Shown here piece by piece: positions 1 through 8,339 of a stretch of DNA of 22,340 bases. The notes beneath the pieces were generated by a model. It was not told where the DNA came from. It searched no databases and saw only the letters and a program-made list of their open reading frames with translations. The translations under genes were made by a program, and so were the position numbers. The DNA is from an uncultured archaeon (GTDB lineage Archaea > Iainarchaeota > Iainarchaeia > Iainarchaeales > GCA-2688035), in contig CAYHBD010000003.1 in the NCBI GenBank assembly GCA_964354805.1, forward strand, positions 1 through 22,340, given 5' to 3'. Position 1 is the stretch's first letter. Each line of letters begins with the position of its first letter.

Positions 1-2
1 TG

Positions 3-569
3 GCCCATGCAAAGGCGGTTGCTGAGCAATTCGGCATTCCATTCAAGGTCATTGATTTGGCTGAAACCTTTGGCATGATTTCTTCCGCCCTGGAAAAGGC
101 TGCAGAAGGCAATGATGGCATGGAAAAGCTTGCTCTTGCAAACATCAAGCCGAGGCTGAGAATGGTCAGCCTTTACTACTTTGCAAACAAACTGAATTAT
201 TTGGTTGTTGGAACAGATAATAAAACAGAGGAAATGGTGGGTTACTTCACCAAATTCGGCGATGGCGGAGTTGACATCCTGCCTATAGCGGACTTATTCA
301 AGCGCGATGTAAGGAAGCTTGCATTGCATCTCGGCGTACCAAAAGAAATAATTGAAAAGCCTCCAACAGCAGGCCTTTGGCCAGGCCAGACTGATGAAGG
401 GGAAATGGGCATAACATACGAACAGCTTGATGGGCTGCTCGAAAAAATTGAAAAAAAGAAAACAGTTGGCTGTGACCAAAAACTGCTTGAAAAAGTGAAA
501 GCAATGATTCGAAATTCAGAGCATAAGAGGCAGCTTGCCCCTGTATGCAAAATTGGAGATGATAACTGA
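3..569 (+). CDS. nadE: NH3-dependent NAD+ synthetase, 5'-truncated by the window edge
   Basis: The frame is open from position 3 (AHAKAVAEQFGIPFKVID...). It has the NadE motifs NIKPRLRM, GTDNKTE, GYFTKFGDGG and KPPTAGLWPGQTDE. The stop overlaps the next start (TGATG). Confidence 0.93.
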   Translation, partial: AHAKAVAEQFGIPFKVIDLAETFGMISSALEKAAEGNDGMEKLALANIKPRLRMVSLYYFANKLNYLVVGTDNKTEEMVGYFTKFGDGGVDILPIADLFKRDVRKLALHLGVPKEIIEKPPTAGLWPGQTDEGEMGITYEQLDGLLEKIEKKKTVGCDQKLLEKVKAMIRNSEHKRQLAPVCKIGDDN

Positions 570-1510
570 TGCCTACCGCGCTTGTTACAGGCGGCTGTGG
601 ATTCATAGGGTCGCACCTTGCAGAGGCATTGGCAGCAGATGGCTTCAAGGTTAAAATCCTGGACAGCCTTGTGAAGGGAAAGCTTTCAAGCGTGCAGCGC
701 TTGATAGATGACGACAAAGCGGAATTCATCGAGGGCGATATCAGGGAAAGGGATTTGGTTGATGCAGCAACAAAAGGCGCCCAATTCGTTTTTCACACTG
801 CAGGGGTTCATATTCAAAGAAGCATTGCTTCGCCTGAAGAGGCAATCGACGTTAATGTGAAGGGCAGCTATAATGTTTTCAGGTCAGCGCTTGAGAACAA
901 AGTGCAGAGGATTGTTTTCAGCAGCAGTAGCAGCGTTTACGGCGAACCAGCCAAGCTGCCTATGAGTGAAGACAGTGAATTGCATATTGTCGAGCCTTAT
1001 GGTGCAAGCAAGCTGATGGCTGAGCATTTGCTGCAGTTCCTTTCGAAGCAGGGCTTGCAATACAACATTCTGCGTTATTTCAATGTTTATGGCGAGAGGC
1101 AGGCAGCGCATGCTTACTATACAACTGTAATAATCAGTTTCATCAAAAGAATTTTGAACGGTGAAGCGCCTGTCATTGACGGCAAAGGCGACCAGAGCAT
1201 GGATTTCACGCACGTGAGCGATGTTGTCAACGCAAACATTCTGGCAATGCAAAGCGAACACTGCAATGACGTGTTTAATGTTGGCACTGGCGTGGCAACA
1301 AGCGTAAGGCAAGTGGCCGATATTTTGATTGATGCCTTGGGTGCTGATGTGAAACCAATATTCAGGGACAGGGCTGTGCTGGTGACAAGAAGGCAGGCTG
1401 ATACAAGAAAGGCGGAGCGATTGCTCGGCTTTAAGGCAAAGGTTGATGTCAGGAACGGCTTAGCGCAAATTGCGCTTGCAATAAAGCAAAACCCTGAACT
1501 GTATTTTTGA
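569..1510 (+). CDS. NAD-dependent epimerase/dehydratase (extended SDR, UDP-sugar 4-epimerase-like)
   Basis: GGCGFIG Rossmann motif, SSSSVYG, catalytic YGASK, RYFNVYG, DFTHVSD. Confidence 0.92.
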   Translation: MPTALVTGGCGFIGSHLAEALAADGFKVKILDSLVKGKLSSVQRLIDDDKAEFIEGDIRERDLVDAATKGAQFVFHTAGVHIQRSIASPEEAIDVNVKGSYNVFRSALENKVQRIVFSSSSSVYGEPAKLPMSEDSELHIVEPYGASKLMAEHLLQFLSKQGLQYNILRYFNVYGERQAAHAYYTTVIISFIKRILNGEAPVIDGKGDQSMDFTHVSDVVNANILAMQSEHCNDVFNVGTGVATSVRQVADILIDALGADVKPIFRDRAVLVTRRQADTRKAERLLGFKAKVDVRNGLAQIALAIKQNPELYF

Positions 1511-1527
1511 TTTTTTTGGCGGTTTAA

Positions 1528-2643
1528 ATGAAACTGATTGGATTAAAACGGCCGACGATTACGCAACGAGATTTTTTTCAGGTAAAAGCTGGGCTTGAGC
1601 GAATGCGGGATTCTAAGGGGGGAGTAGTTGCAGAATTCGAGAAAAGTTTCAGGCGTTTCGTTGGCGCAAAAGAATGTTTTGCAGTAAACAGCGGCACAAA
1701 TGCTCTTTACCTTGCATTAAAGTGTCTCGGCTTAAAAAGAAGCGATGAGGTCATACTGCCAAGCTACACCTGCATTTCACTGTATTATGCAATAAAACAT
1801 GCCGGCGCTGTGCCTGTGTTGGTTGACAACAGTTTTGATGTAAAATGCATGGATTTCAATATGTCAATTGACAGTATCATGGAAAAATTGTCCAGCAAAA
1901 CAAAGGCGGTTATTGTGCCGCATATGTTTGGTGTGTGCAGTCAGATTGAAGAAATAATGAAGGAGACAGGGCTGCCAGTGATTGAAGACTCTGCCCAGGC
2001 TTTTGGGGCTGTTACTGCCAAGGGCAACAAGGCTGGCAGTGTTGGCGACCTGGCTGTTTTTTCTTTTAACGGAAAAATGATTACAACAGGCGAAGGTGGC
2101 ATGGTTTGTGTCAATAATAAAGATTTTGTGCAAAAAATGGTTGAAGTGAGCGGCAGTGATTTTGAGACAGATTTGTGGGCTCTGCGGACTGAACGAGACA
2201 TGCGCAAAATAAGGCGGCATTTTCTGCCAGCGCCTTTGAATAACAGCATGAGCGATTTGCAGGCTGGGCTCGGCATTGCCCAGCTTGGGCAGTTAAGGGG
2301 GTTCATTAAAAAAAGAAAAGCGATTGCCAAAAGTTACGCTGAAGGGCTTTCATTGCAGGGTGAAGCCAAGCCAGTGGTGAGAAGCGATTCCCTTAATGTT
2401 TTCTACAGGTTCATTGTAAGCGTTGGCCCTGATGCAGGCTCTGTTGTCGCAAAATTAAAGCGCAATGCTGTTGATGCAGGCAGGGGCTGCTATCCGCCAA
2501 TTCATTACTTCCTGGGGGCAAGCGCTGCTTTTCCAATGGCTGAAAAATGCGTTGGTTCGCTTCTCTCCATTCCAATATACCCTAAACTAAGTGATCCGCA
2601 AATTGAATACATTATCAAGATATGCAACAGGGTGATTGTATGA
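1528..2643 (+). CDS. DegT/DnrJ/EryC1/StrS family PLP-dependent sugar aminotransferase
   Basis: NSGTNAL, IEDSAQAFG, FSFNGKMITTGEGG (PLP lysine), C-terminal LSIPIYP. Confidence 0.92.
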   Translation: MKLIGLKRPTITQRDFFQVKAGLERMRDSKGGVVAEFEKSFRRFVGAKECFAVNSGTNALYLALKCLGLKRSDEVILPSYTCISLYYAIKHAGAVPVLVDNSFDVKCMDFNMSIDSIMEKLSSKTKAVIVPHMFGVCSQIEEIMKETGLPVIEDSAQAFGAVTAKGNKAGSVGDLAVFSFNGKMITTGEGGMVCVNNKDFVQKMVEVSGSDFETDLWALRTERDMRKIRRHFLPAPLNNSMSDLQAGLGIAQLGQLRGFIKKRKAIAKSYAEGLSLQGEAKPVVRSDSLNVFYRFIVSVGPDAGSVVAKLKRNAVDAGRGCYPPIHYFLGASAAFPMAEKCVGSLLSIPIYPKLSDPQIEYIIKICNRVIV

Positions 2644-3368
2644 AAATCGGCGCGATTGTGCAGGCAAGGGTTGGCAGCAGCAGGCTGCGTGGCAAGGTTT
2701 TGATGCGGATAAACGGCAAGACAATGCTGCAGATAATAATAGAAAAGCTTAAGAAAATCGCTGCTTTGGATGAAATAGTTATTGCAACGACAACGGGAAA
2801 AGAGGATAGGGCGATTGAGAAAATCGCGTTGCAGAACAAGGTGCATTGCTTCATGGGCAGCGAGGCAAATGTTTTGCAGAGGTTTGCGCAAGCAGCGGAA
2901 AAACATGGCCTTGATGTCATTGTCAGGGTCAGCGCTGACGACCCGCTTATTTCAACTCAAATAATTAAATCAAATTTAAAAAAATTTTTGCAATTCAAGA
3001 ACTTGGACTATTTTTTTGTCAGGGGTTTTCCAAGGGGTTTTGGCTCGGCGGAGATAGTGTCAACGAAAGCACTGGTTAAAGCAAATCAATTGGCTTATTC
3101 AAAGCGGGACAAGGAGCATGTGGTGACATTTATTGTAGATAACCCGGAATTGTTTAATGTTAGAATAGAAAAAGCCCCCCAAAATGCGATGAGACCGGAT
3201 TTAAGGGTTACAATTGACACAAAGGCAGATTTAGTGGCTGTTGAGAAAATCTGCGCTGGCCTTGGCACAACAGATATAAAAGCAGAGCGGTTGATAGGTT
3301 TTTTAGAAAAACATCCAGCGATAGCCGGCGTAAATAAAGGCGTGAAGCAGAAAAACGCAGAATACTGA
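2640..3368 (+). CDS. SpsF/PseF-like cytidylyltransferase (acylneuraminate-CT family)
   Basis: IVQARVGSSRLRGKVL, GSEANVLQRF, VRVSADDP, EHV and RVTIDT motifs. Start placed at ATG 2640, which has a GGTGA RBS and an ATGA overlap with the upstream stop. Confidence 0.88.
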   Translation: MKIGAIVQARVGSSRLRGKVLMRINGKTMLQIIIEKLKKIAALDEIVIATTTGKEDRAIEKIALQNKVHCFMGSEANVLQRFAQAAEKHGLDVIVRVSADDPLISTQIIKSNLKKFLQFKNLDYFFVRGFPRGFGSAEIVSTKALVKANQLAYSKRDKEHVVTFIVDNPELFNVRIEKAPQNAMRPDLRVTIDTKADLVAVEKICAGLGTTDIKAERLIGFLEKHPAIAGVNKGVKQKNAEY

Positions 3369-3419
3369 TGCAGGCTGCTGTGATAAAGCCAATGGGTTTT
3401 GTTTTATCCGGGTGAAAAA

Positions 3420-4058
3420 ATGGGTTATGCAGGCAAGTTGTTGCGTTTGCCTAGAACAGTTTCATTCAACCTCTACTGCCTGTATAAAAAGCACGCAAGC
3501 GGTTTCAACGCCATAGAGAACTTATACAACAGTGCTCTGCCGGCTGGCTACTATCTTTTGGAAGCAATTGCCTTGTTTGAGCTGGCTAAAAAAGCAAAGC
3601 ACCCCATAGTTGAGCTCGGCTCTTATGCTGGAAACGGCGCTGTTGTTTTGGCTGAAGGCAGCGCAAGGGGAAACAAGCAGCTGGTTTACAGCATTGACCC
3701 GCATACTGCCCTTAAAGTAGACAATCATTTATATCCTGACACAAAACAGTTATTTCAGTTGAATATCTTGAAAACAAGATACGCATATCTGATAAAGCCG
3801 ATTTACCTTTTTTCTTTCGAAGCAATAGAAGCCTTCAAAGAAAAAATCGGGCTGCTTTCCATTGACACATCCATTGACAGTGTCAGCAGGGATTTTATTC
3901 AATGGGCGCCCTTGGTTGTAAAAGGCGGGGTGATTACAATGCGCGATTACAGGATAAAAAAAATAGCCGACTTCATAAAAGAAAAGATTTTAACTGACCC
4001 AGATTATGCTGATGGGGGCCTTGTCCAGAACATGCAGATAATTTTGAAAAATAGGTGA
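3420..4058 (+). CDS. Class I SAM-dependent methyltransferase (Methyltransf_24-like)
   Basis: VELGSYAG motif I, YSIDPH, W-x-P-LVVKGG. Start placed at ATG 3420 after GGTGA (3411-3415). Confidence 0.8.
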   Translation: MGYAGKLLRLPRTVSFNLYCLYKKHASGFNAIENLYNSALPAGYYLLEAIALFELAKKAKHPIVELGSYAGNGAVVLAEGSARGNKQLVYSIDPHTALKVDNHLYPDTKQLFQLNILKTRYAYLIKPIYLFSFEAIEAFKEKIGLLSIDTSIDSVSRDFIQWAPLVVKGGVITMRDYRIKKIADFIKEKILTDPDYADGGLVQNMQIILKNR

Positions 4059-4138
4059 TTGTGAGATGAGGGGTTTGCCCCGCACAGCAATAGCAGAAAA
4101 TCGAATGCCTGTGGATGTGATTGTGGGATGAATGGTTT
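4055..4138 (+). repeat. Diverged direct repeat of the junction/initiation region (period 62 bp)
   Basis: gtgattgtgagatgaggggttt (4055-4076) versus gtgattgtgggatgaatggttt (4117-4138); 19/22 identical. Confidence 0.8.
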
Positions 4139-4829
4139 TATCTGCCAACCGCTTTACCTGCCCTGGATGGGATACTTTGAGATGATTGGCGCAACAGATG
4201 TTTTTGTTGTGTTTGACCATGTTCAATTCGAGAAAAAGACTTGGCAGCAAAGAAACAGGATAAAGACAGCCCAGGGCCAGTTGTGGCTGACTGTGCCGGT
4301 GCAAAAAACACCGAGAGGCACAAGGATTTGCGACGTAAAAATTTCTTATGCTGGAGGCAACTCTTTGTTAAAGCATTGGGAGACAATTTGCTGGAATTAC
4401 AAGAAAGCCCAGTTCTTTGATGAATACAAGGGCCACTTTGAGCAAGTGTTCAATAAAAAGTTTGATCTGCTGCGTGACCTGAATGTTGAGTTGATTAAAG
4501 TGATTTGCGGCATCCTCGGCGTAAAAACAAAAATAGTTTACAGCAGCGAGCTTGGCCTGAATGATGCTGCCCTCGGCAAGACCGAGAGGGTTGTGAATTT
4601 ATGCGAGATTGCATCCATAGATTTCCTTTACGATGGCTTGTCTGCAAAAGACTTTTTGCAGCTTGATTTATTTGAAAGCAAGGGAATAAAGATTCAGTTC
4701 CAGCAATACAATCACCCAAAATACAATCAGTTATACGGCGAATTTGTCCCTTATTTAAGCATAGTTGACTTGATTTTCAACGAAGGCGAAAAAAGCCTTG
4801 AAATAGTGAATAGCGGTAGGGTTGCGTAA
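4128..4829 (+). CDS. WbqC family protein
   Basis: QPLYLPWMGYF, FVVFDHVQF...WQQRNRIKT, WLTVPV, Y-x-Q...FVPYLSIVDLIFNEG are typical of WbqC. Confidence 0.9.
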   Translation: MNGFICQPLYLPWMGYFEMIGATDVFVVFDHVQFEKKTWQQRNRIKTAQGQLWLTVPVQKTPRGTRICDVKISYAGGNSLLKHWETICWNYKKAQFFDEYKGHFEQVFNKKFDLLRDLNVELIKVICGILGVKTKIVYSSELGLNDAALGKTERVVNLCEIASIDFLYDGLSAKDFLQLDLFESKGIKIQFQQYNHPKYNQLYGEFVPYLSIVDLIFNEGEKSLEIVNSGRVA

Positions 4830-4951
4830 TGGGGGAAAGGTTTTGGGATACAGGGGTGTCGCAGTGGTGCGGACGAGTAAAGGGTTTGGTTGTGTGAGAG
4901 CGGCAGGGCTGTGTAGGTGTGTGAAATGTTTTGGGCTGTGGGGGCGATAGA

Positions 4952-5692
4952 ATGTCCTTAAAGAATGGGCTGAAAAAATTTTTTAAAAAAAGTAAAATAG
5001 TGGTTGGCGCATACAGCCTGGTTAAGTTTCTTTCAAATGTTCCGCCACGTGACCTTTTTGATTTCAGGAAAGTAAGCCTCATCTTCACTGTGCGGTCTTA
5101 CTCTTTCCTGAGCTATGAAAGGCTGTCAAAGCTTGAGCAACTCGCCTGCTATTTGGAGAAGCAGGGTATTGGGGGCAGTTTTGTTGAATGCGGCGTTTGG
5201 AAAGGGGGAAGTGCAGCAATTGTTGCAAAGGTTGCTGAACACAACAGAGAAAGGCATTGCTGGTTTTTTGACTCGTGGGAGGGAGTGCCCAAGCCGACTG
5301 AAATGGATGTGCATGTAAGCGGCGTGGTTGGCGAGAAAGGCCGTTTTGCTGTGTCAGAGCAGTTTGCCAATGATTTGATTTTCGGAAAGCTTAAGCTGGA
5401 TGAGAAAAATGTCCACCTGGTAAAAGGGTGGTTTGATTCAACTATCCCATTGCACAAAAAACAAATGGCTGAAATTGCCCTTTTGCATTTGGACTGCGAC
5501 TTTTATGAGCCTGTTAAATTCTGTTTGGAGCAATTGTATGACAAAGTTGTTGAAGGCGGCTTCATCGTAATTGACGACTACCAGATTTGGCACGGCTGCA
5601 GGAAAGCAGTTGATGAATTTTTTGAAAAAAGAAAACTAAAAATAGATTTAATTAAAAACGGTAGCAGCGGTGTTTATTTTTCAAAAAAGTGA
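4952..5692 (+). CDS. TylF/MycF/NovP family sugar O-methyltransferase
   Basis: FVECGVWKGGS, FDSWEG, VKGWFDST, LLHLDCDFYE, IDDY...GCRKAVDEF. Start placed at ATG 4952. Confidence 0.9.
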   Translation: MSLKNGLKKFFKKSKIVVGAYSLVKFLSNVPPRDLFDFRKVSLIFTVRSYSFLSYERLSKLEQLACYLEKQGIGGSFVECGVWKGGSAAIVAKVAEHNRERHCWFFDSWEGVPKPTEMDVHVSGVVGEKGRFAVSEQFANDLIFGKLKLDEKNVHLVKGWFDSTIPLHKKQMAEIALLHLDCDFYEPVKFCLEQLYDKVVEGGFIVIDDYQIWHGCRKAVDEFFEKRKLKIDLIKNGSSGVYFSKK

Positions 5693-5713
5693 TGCCCTAG
5701 CCGGCTGTTTCGC

Positions 5714-7306
5714 TTAAAGTATTTTTCCGCAGAAGCCGTATTTTCGCTTGAATACCGCAAGCCCTTTTTTGATTTTTTCTCTATCGCAAGTCATGTTCCT
5801 GCCGTGCTTTAAATAATTGTACAGCGGTTTTGCTACATGCTTGCCTTTGAATTTTTTCATTACCCTCAGCAATAAATCGTATTCTTCAAAGAAAGGCAGC
5901 TTTTCGTCATAAACTTTTCCATTTACGGCAACTTGCATCAGAACATTTCTTCTGAACATTATATTGCATGCGAGGGTTTTAAACAAATTGAATTTTTTCA
6001 GGGAAACAATGCGTTTCACGCCTTTTTTTATCAGCCTGATGTCGCAGTAAACAAAGCCCAGGCGCGCGTCCTTGTCCAATTCAGCAGCCATTTGCTGCAA
6101 TGTTTCCGGCTCGAACCAGTCGTCTGCATCAAGCTTCATTACGTATTCGCCTTTTGCTTTCTTTAAGCCAAAATTTGACCCTGCTGTCGAGCCGCTGTTT
6201 TTTATTTTATAAACCTTGATTTTTTTGGAAAATTTGCGCAAAATCTCTTGCGTATTGTCTGTTGAACCATCGTCAACAACAATTATTTCAATCAAATTTA
6301 ACGGCATTGTCTGGCTTAAAGCGCTTTCAACAGCCTTTTCAATAAACCTGCCGTAGTTGTATGTTACGATTAACACAGTTACCTTTGGTTTAAACTTTTT
6401 TCCACGCAAGCCACCGGCAATGTCGTCAAAGCGGATTATTTTTTTAGGCAGGGCGCATGTTGCGCTTATCCTCTTGTTTGAAAGCTGGCACACCCTGATG
6501 TTGCCTGCAACGCTGATCAACATCACGGCGTCCTCCAAAGAAAAACCAAATTTTTTAATCAAAAATCCAGCCATGTCTGATGTGGCAATTTTTGCAGCTT
6601 CTTCAAGCGTGTCAGCAACAGCCAAAGCCATAAAGTTTTCCTTTGTTTCAATGCATGGCCTGTCCAAGCTCAGACCCTTCAAAACGCTTGCCTTGATTTT
6701 CACCATGGCGTTGCATTCGATGCCGCTGCCGCATACTTCGCCGTTGCCTTGCAGGGCATGCGCGTCTCCAACAGCTAAGCCAGCACCTTTCACAAAAACC
6801 GGGAAATAAACAGTTGAACCGCTTTTTATGTCAGTGCAGTCAACGTTGCCGCCTGCCAGCAACAAAGGCCTTCCAACCCTGTTGTCTTCATCGCCTGGCA
6901 TGACAGCAATGTTTCCAATCATCGGCTGCTGTTTTAATGAAATTTTTTCACTGAACTGGATTTTTTCCCCCTTTAAGTCAAAGAATTTTGTTTTATCAAC
7001 CATTTTTTCACCAAGAACGCCACTGCCTTTGTGGGTTGTGGCAATGCCCGGTGATTTTGTTTTAATGTCCAGAATCTCCACTTTCAGCACGTTGCCGGGC
7101 TCGGCTCCGCTGACTGCTATCGGGCCAGTGCAAAGCATTTCCTCCACATCGGCAACTTCTTCGATTGTTATTGATTCGTCAGTTATCTTGTTGTTGAAGC
7201 AATCAAGTGTTTCAACCAAAAAGGTTTCGCCGCTTTTCACCCTAAAATTCATTTTATTGCCGGGCTTGAACCGCCTGATTACCTTCACTGCCCCGATTCT
7301 TTTCAT
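5714..7306 (-). CDS. Fusion of an N-terminal acetamidase/formamidase (FmdA/AmdA) domain and a C-terminal GT2 glycosyltransferase domain
   Basis: About aa 1-295: ETLDC, TGPIAVSGAEPG, GGNVD, GDAHALQGNGEVCG. About aa 305-530: VLIVTYNY, VVDDGSTD, KLDADD (DxD). Single uninterrupted 530-aa frame; ATGA overlap with the neuB stop. Confidence 0.85.
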   Translation of the reverse strand: MKRIGAVKVIRRFKPGNKMNFRVKSGETFLVETLDCFNNKITDESITIEEVADVEEMLCTGPIAVSGAEPGNVLKVEILDIKTKSPGIATTHKGSGVLGEKMVDKTKFFDLKGEKIQFSEKISLKQQPMIGNIAVMPGDEDNRVGRPLLLAGGNVDCTDIKSGSTVYFPVFVKGAGLAVGDAHALQGNGEVCGSGIECNAMVKIKASVLKGLSLDRPCIETKENFMALAVADTLEEAAKIATSDMAGFLIKKFGFSLEDAVMLISVAGNIRVCQLSNKRISATCALPKKIIRFDDIAGGLRGKKFKPKVTVLIVTYNYGRFIEKAVESALSQTMPLNLIEIIVVDDGSTDNTQEILRKFSKKIKVYKIKNSGSTAGSNFGLKKAKGEYVMKLDADDWFEPETLQQMAAELDKDARLGFVYCDIRLIKKGVKRIVSLKKFNLFKTLACNIMFRRNVLMQVAVNGKVYDEKLPFFEEYDLLLRVMKKFKGKHVAKPLYNYLKHGRNMTCDREKIKKGLAVFKRKYGFCGKIL

Positions 7307-8322
7307 TTTTCCCCACCGATTTCATTCCATGTGATTGGCTTTCCCTTCGCAATGTTTCTCTTTGCCCTGCGTCCAACCGCTTTTTTTATTTCATCCGCTT
7401 TTATTCCAGCGCACGGCCTTTTCAGTTGCATGTTGCTGAAAGAAATTTTTTCGCCTTTTGCTATGCTGATTGCTGCAAACGCGCCCCTTCTTGAAAGGGT
7501 TATTTCTTTTTTTGGTTCAACTTGAAATATCCTGCTGCTGCCAAGCGCTGCAGCAGCGGTTCTTATGTTTTCAATGATTTTCTTTAATTCTTTTTCTGTT
7601 GCTGACATGCCGTTGTCCGGCCCAGGCAGTTTTTTGTCAATTGTAAAGTGCCTTTCAACCATTTTTGCTCCGCCTGCAACGGCAATTGCAGGCACTATTG
7701 CATCGGTTGAATGATCGCTTAACCCGACAACTGCGTTGAATTTTTCTCCAAGTGTTAAAATCCTTTTTAAGTTAAGCTCATTTATTTTTGCAGGATAGGT
7801 TGCATTGCAGTGCAGTAAAATAATTTTTTTGTTTCCAGCCGAATGCACTGCTTCAATTGCCTTTTTTATTTCCCCTGCTGTTGCCATCCCTGCCGATAAA
7901 ATGATCGGCTTTCTTTTTTTCGCGGCATAGGCAATCAGTGGCAGGTTGGTCAGGTCGCCTGATGCGATCTTGAAGCATGGCACGCCGGTTCTTTCCATTG
8001 CATCCGCTGATTCAAAATCAAAAACCGAGGCAAAAAAACCAATTTTGTTTTTGTCAGAGAATTTTTTCAGCAGGCTGAATTGCTTTTCGCTGAATTCGGT
8101 TTTTTTGAACTTTTTAAACGCATCAGGCTGCAAGCGTTTGCTTATGAATTCGCCTGTTTTATATGCCTGAAATTTTACTGCATCCGCCCCGGCGCGCTTT
8201 GCCGCCAAAATCATTTTTTTGGCAAGCGAAATACTGCCGTTATGGTTGTTCCCTATCTCTGCAACAACATAGCATGGAAAATTGCCGCCAATTCGCCTGC
8301 CGCCGATTTTTATTGCTTTCAT
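7303..8322 (-). CDS. N-acetylneuraminate/nonulosonate synthase family protein (NeuB/PseI/LegI/SpsE) with C-terminal SAF domain
   Basis: AEIGNNHNG, ADAVKFQ, FKIASGD, LLHC..YP, GLSDHS, ERHFT; SAF-like RRG...KRP..GI tail. Confidence 0.93.
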   Translation of the reverse strand: MKAIKIGGRRIGGNFPCYVVAEIGNNHNGSISLAKKMILAAKRAGADAVKFQAYKTGEFISKRLQPDAFKKFKKTEFSEKQFSLLKKFSDKNKIGFFASVFDFESADAMERTGVPCFKIASGDLTNLPLIAYAAKKRKPIILSAGMATAGEIKKAIEAVHSAGNKKIILLHCNATYPAKINELNLKRILTLGEKFNAVVGLSDHSTDAIVPAIAVAGGAKMVERHFTIDKKLPGPDNGMSATEKELKKIIENIRTAAAALGSSRIFQVEPKKEITLSRRGAFAAISIAKGEKISFSNMQLKRPCAGIKADEIKKAVGRRAKRNIAKGKPITWNEIGGEK

Positions 8323-8339
8323 AAAAGGGACTGCCTCTT

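Noticed and set aside
6390-6420. Internal RBS and start making the GT2 domain a separate gene
   Set aside because: GGTGG lies only 1 nt from the TTG and there is no stop codon before it.
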